Positions 6,159 through 8,377 of a stretch of DNA of 8,377 nucleotides are shown here, piece after piece. The notes under the pieces are model-generated. The model ran no database searches. It was not told the DNA's origin and saw only the letters and a list, made by a program, of their open reading frames with translations. Location: the NCBI GenBank assembly GCA_023136205.1, contig JAGLRQ010000024.1, forward strand, positions 1 through 8,377, given 5' to 3'. Both the position numbers and the translations under genes were made by a program. The DNA comes from Candidatus Auribacterota bacterium. Lineage in GTDB: Bacteria > Auribacterota > UBA6266. The first letter of the stretch is position 1, and every line of letters starts with the position of its first letter.

Positions 6159-7518
6159 AATTCATTCCTCTTAACATAAGCCCTATGAAGAACCAAAAAT
6201 ACCAGTTAAACGCAAGATAGTAGAGCATATTATCAGCCAGACAGATAATCATATAACTTACAACATAAGCAAAAATAAGCGCGTATCCCGCGGATAAATC
6301 AGTAAATACTTTTCCGATCCTAGAAAAGAATCTCCTGGTGATGTATAAAAAAACCATAACATAACTTACCAGCCCCACTACACCGGTTTCGAATAATAGC
6401 TCAAGATAACTATTGTGAGATGGAACATTTTTCCGTTCCCAGAACTGAACAATAAAAAAATCGCGGGATAAGACTTTGAATGACGCTAAACCGTGTCCGT
6501 AAATAAATTTCTTTTTTATTAAGGGCAAGCTGCTTTTCCATAATTCTACACGCCACGCAAGCGAATTTACTTCGACACCGGCTTTGACGCTTAATCCTGT
6601 AAATAAATCCTGGATTCTTCGCATAGTACCCGGATGCAGCAATAATAGAAACGGTAAAATGACAGAAAAAACCAGGTACTTCTTTTCCTTTAGCAGGCCA
6701 TATGTGAAAAACGTTACCCAGCAGGCTATCCACGCATTTCTTGTCTTTGTCGCGAGAAGAAGAATCAATAAATTAACTATGTATATACAGAGCAAATTTT
6801 TTTTGGCCCTGGTTAATGTAAATAAACCGCTTTTTAGTACATAAAATGCCATCACCACCGTTAAAACCAGATAAAAAGCTAATATATTCGGATGTGTAAA
6901 GGTTCCTTTTATTCGCGTGCCTATATCTATGTAAGAAGCCCCCCCCTGCAGTAAATTCAGGTTCGCGAACCCCACCGGTAAAAAAGAAGCAAACAGGAGA
7001 ATTTTAAGCCAGAATTTCTTATCCTCCAGGCTGTTGACGATAAAAAACGGGAATATTGCCATTGACATATAACTTGCCAAATTAAGGAATGTTCTTGCGG
7101 CCCTGCCGGGAACAGGTGAGTAGATTACCGAGATACCACAGATAAAAAGAAAAACAATCCAATACTTATAAAAACTATTATGAAGAAAGCGTTTTGGATT
7201 ACGGCTTATTAATATAACCGCAAGTATTATAATGAAAAAATTTATTGCCCCTCCTATCCCTATATCTTCTCCAAAAATATTTAGTTTTGTGACATTAAGC
7301 AAAGGATCAAGCAATGCCCTGAGAAAAAGCAAAACGATTAACATAGACCTTATACTAGTTACCATTAAAAGAAAAAACGCGCAAACAAAAGGTATGGCTA
7401 ATATAAAAAAAATATTTGTAACCGCCAGGGGCAAAAATCCAATCAATACCCGCCCAAATAAAATCCCGCAAATAACAGTCAGAAAAACGTTTATCTTATT
7501 AACCGATGAGTTCGGCAT
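6115..7518 (-). CDS. O-antigen ligase / Wzy_C-family polytopic membrane protein (polymerase or ligase), paralog 2
   Basis: The ORF is 467 aa and polytopic. Family hallmarks are THPNILAFYLV, TKTRNAWI, a loop containing LAWRVELWKSSLPLIKKKFIYGHGLASF, and PSHNSYLELLFETGVVGLVSYVMVF. The ATG at 7518 is preceded by GAGGAG. It overlaps the GT4 stop by 20 nt and the GT2 start by 38-44 nt. Confidence 0.85.
   Translation of the reverse strand: MPNSSVNKINVFLTVICGILFGRVLIGFLPLAVTNIFFILAIPFVCAFFLLMVTSIRSMLIVLLFLRALLDPLLNVTKLNIFGEDIGIGGAINFFIIILAVILISRNPKRFLHNSFYKYWIVFLFICGISVIYSPVPGRAARTFLNLASYMSMAIFPFFIVNSLEDKKFWLKILLFASFLPVGFANLNLLQGGASYIDIGTRIKGTFTHPNILAFYLVLTVVMAFYVLKSGLFTLTRAKKNLLCIYIVNLLILLLATKTRNAWIACWVTFFTYGLLKEKKYLVFSVILPFLLLLHPGTMRRIQDLFTGLSVKAGVEVNSLAWRVELWKSSLPLIKKKFIYGHGLASFKVLSRDFFIVQFWERKNVPSHNSYLELLFETGVVGLVSYVMVFLYITRRFFSRIGKVFTDLSAGYALIFAYVVSYMIICLADNMLYYLAFNWYFWFFIGLMLRGMNFDDEKKDIRNNSVV
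6165..6172 (-). promoter_or_regulatory. Shine-Dalgarno AAGAGGAA upstream of the GT2 gene, embedded in the 3' end of the Wzy_C-2 gene
   Basis: The minus strand reads GTTAAGAGGAATGAATT TTG ACG ATG. The GAGG lies 8 nt from TTG 6158 and 14 nt from ATG 6152. Confidence 0.5.
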
Positions 7519-8377
7519 AAATCTCCTCGAATTTCTTTGCTATATCTTTAACATTAAATCGTTCCTTACATAACTCATACCCTTTTTGCCCTATTGATTG
7601 CCTGAGTTCCCTGTCTTTAAGGAGCTTTATGACAGCTTCCGCCCAACCATTGCTTGTAAAAGGGTCTAAAAGCACGCCATTACACCAATTTTCTATAAAT
7701 TCATTATTGCACCCGACATCCCTTGAAACAATCACAGGAACTTTCATGCTTAAGGCCTCCAGCAGAGCGATAGAATGGAGTTCTAAAAAAGACGGTAATA
7801 AAAAAATGTCTGTTATACTTAAAAGGTCATACATCTGAGGATAAAATCCTATCATTTTAATAGTTCCATTTAAATTCAGATCATTACATTTTGTCCTGTA
7901 TTCTTCAAAGAGCGGCCCATTTCCTGAAACAATGAAAACAGTGTTTTGGTATTCATTTTTTACTATTGGAGCAATGTGGAAAATCAGATCAATATTTTTT
8001 TCAGGAGCAATTCTGCAAGGGGTTAATATAACCAAATCTTCTTCGGTAAGCTTCAGGCCCCGCCTTAGTCTTCGATTAGCGTCTTCCTTCAACAATCTGT
8101 CAGCCGCGGCAGGTATCCCATTCTGAATTTCCCTTATTCGTTCGCGGCCATATAACTTATTGCTGATTAAGAATTCATAGTTTTGCCTTGTTAAAACGAC
8201 GACGATATCCGATACTCCTTTCAAATATTTGATATATTTGTACTGCCTGCTAACTCCCCGTCTTCGCTCAAATTCGCAGGGTGTCACATAACGAAAATCG
8301 TGAACGTGTTCTATAATTTTTGTTCCCGTAATTTTCGCGGCAATGCACCCCCAAATATGCGCGTTAAATGTATGGGT
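7499..8377 (-). CDS. GT4-family (GT-B, Glycos_transf_1) retaining glycosyltransferase, 5'-truncated by the window edge
   Basis: The C-terminal domain has LTPCRIAPEKNID and the E-x7-E motif ELHSIALLE (codons 7757..7783 verified), followed by KVPVIVS. The ORF-track start at 8287 is an internal GTG. The same frame stays open to position 8377 and reads THTFNAHIWGCIAAKITGTKIIEHVHDFRY-V-TPCEF..., a typical GT4 N-terminal-domain sequence. The true start therefore lies beyond the window. Confidence 0.9.
   Translation of the reverse strand, partial: THTFNAHIWGCIAAKITGTKIIEHVHDFRYVTPCEFERRRGVSRQYKYIKYLKGVSDIVVVLTRQNYEFLISNKLYGRERIREIQNGIPAAADRLLKEDANRRLRRGLKLTEEDLVILTPCRIAPEKNIDLIFHIAPIVKNEYQNTVFIVSGNGPLFEEYRTKCNDLNLNGTIKMIGFYPQMYDLLSITDIFLLPSFLELHSIALLEALSMKVPVIVSRDVGCNNEFIENWCNGVLLDPFTSNGWAEAVIKLLKDRELRQSIGQKGYELCKERFNVKDIAKKFEEIYAELIG
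7523..7528 (-). promoter_or_regulatory. Shine-Dalgarno GAGGAG for Wzy_C-2, inside the 3' end of the GT4 gene
   Basis: The minus strand reads GAAATTC GAGGAG ATTT ATG, with the ATG at 7518..7516. Confidence 0.55.

Noticed and set aside
6410-6733. A 107-aa minus-strand ORF nested in an alternative frame of the Wzy_C-2 gene
   Set aside because: It lies entirely inside a gene whose own frame carries the conserved family motifs across this region. The nested translation is Cys/Arg-rich with no motif. It is most likely a chance open frame.
3708-7412. Several A8/T8 homopolymers (3708..3715, 6142..6149, 6797..6804, 7405..7412) as possible phase-variation tracts, including one at the 5' end of the GT2 gene
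   Set aside because: They mostly encode Lys-Lys(-Lys) or Phe runs, as expected in an AT-rich genome. Their frequency argues for a compositional origin rather than selection. Only the A9 tract with the built-in TAA is kept, as a low-interest finding.
813-8126. The remaining plus-strand ORFs of 60-127 aa (813..1019, 1135..1359, 1642..1854, 2340..2549, 3046..3429, 3269..3628, 3645..3842, 5105..5287, 5935..6174, 6584..6844, 7232..7573, 7629..7838, 7932..8126)
   Set aside because: All are fully embedded antisense in well-supported minus-strand genes. Their translations have no recognisable motifs and show the skewed composition expected of shadow frames in AT-rich DNA.
1-8377. A search by eye for CRISPR repeats, tRNA/rRNA-like segments, IS terminal inverted repeats, integrase/transposase or defence-system-like ORFs, and long direct repeats
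   Set aside because: None was found. Essentially every base is accounted for by the eight polysaccharide-pathway genes. A proper repeat or covariance-model scan could not be run, so short or degenerate elements cannot be formally excluded.

Overview
The window is a tightly packed, single-strand (minus) segment of a Wzy-type surface-polysaccharide (EPS or O-antigen-like) biosynthesis operon from an AT-rich genome. There are eight co-directional genes with no intergenic gap longer than 27 nt. In order of transcription (high to low coordinates) they are: a GT4 retaining glycosyltransferase whose 5' end lies beyond the window; O-antigen-ligase/Wzy_C-family membrane protein no. 2; a GT2 glycosyltransferase with a C-terminal TM hairpin; a WecB/TagA/CpsF (GT26) glycosyltransferase; a membrane-anchored TPR protein with a CBM-like C-terminal domain; O-antigen-ligase/Wzy_C-family membrane protein no. 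1; a large WbaP-type polyprenyl-phosphate glycosylphosphotransferase (the initiating enzyme); and a lipoprotein resembling a SurA-N/parvulin PPIase. The last gene is absent from the supplied ORF track because it runs off the 5' edge of the window. I found no RNA genes, CRISPR arrays, mobile elements, terminators or long repeats. No Wzx flippase, Wzz/PCP or Wza-type exporter is visible, so the locus continues on both flanks. I do not see convincing evidence for a wholly new system. The less ordinary parts are the TPR-CBM accessory protein that is translationally coupled to a Wzy_C gene, the presence of two divergent Wzy_C paralogs, and the apparently degenerate PPIase-like lipoprotein at the operon end. 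All functional calls rest on motif recognition by eye, since no searches could be run.
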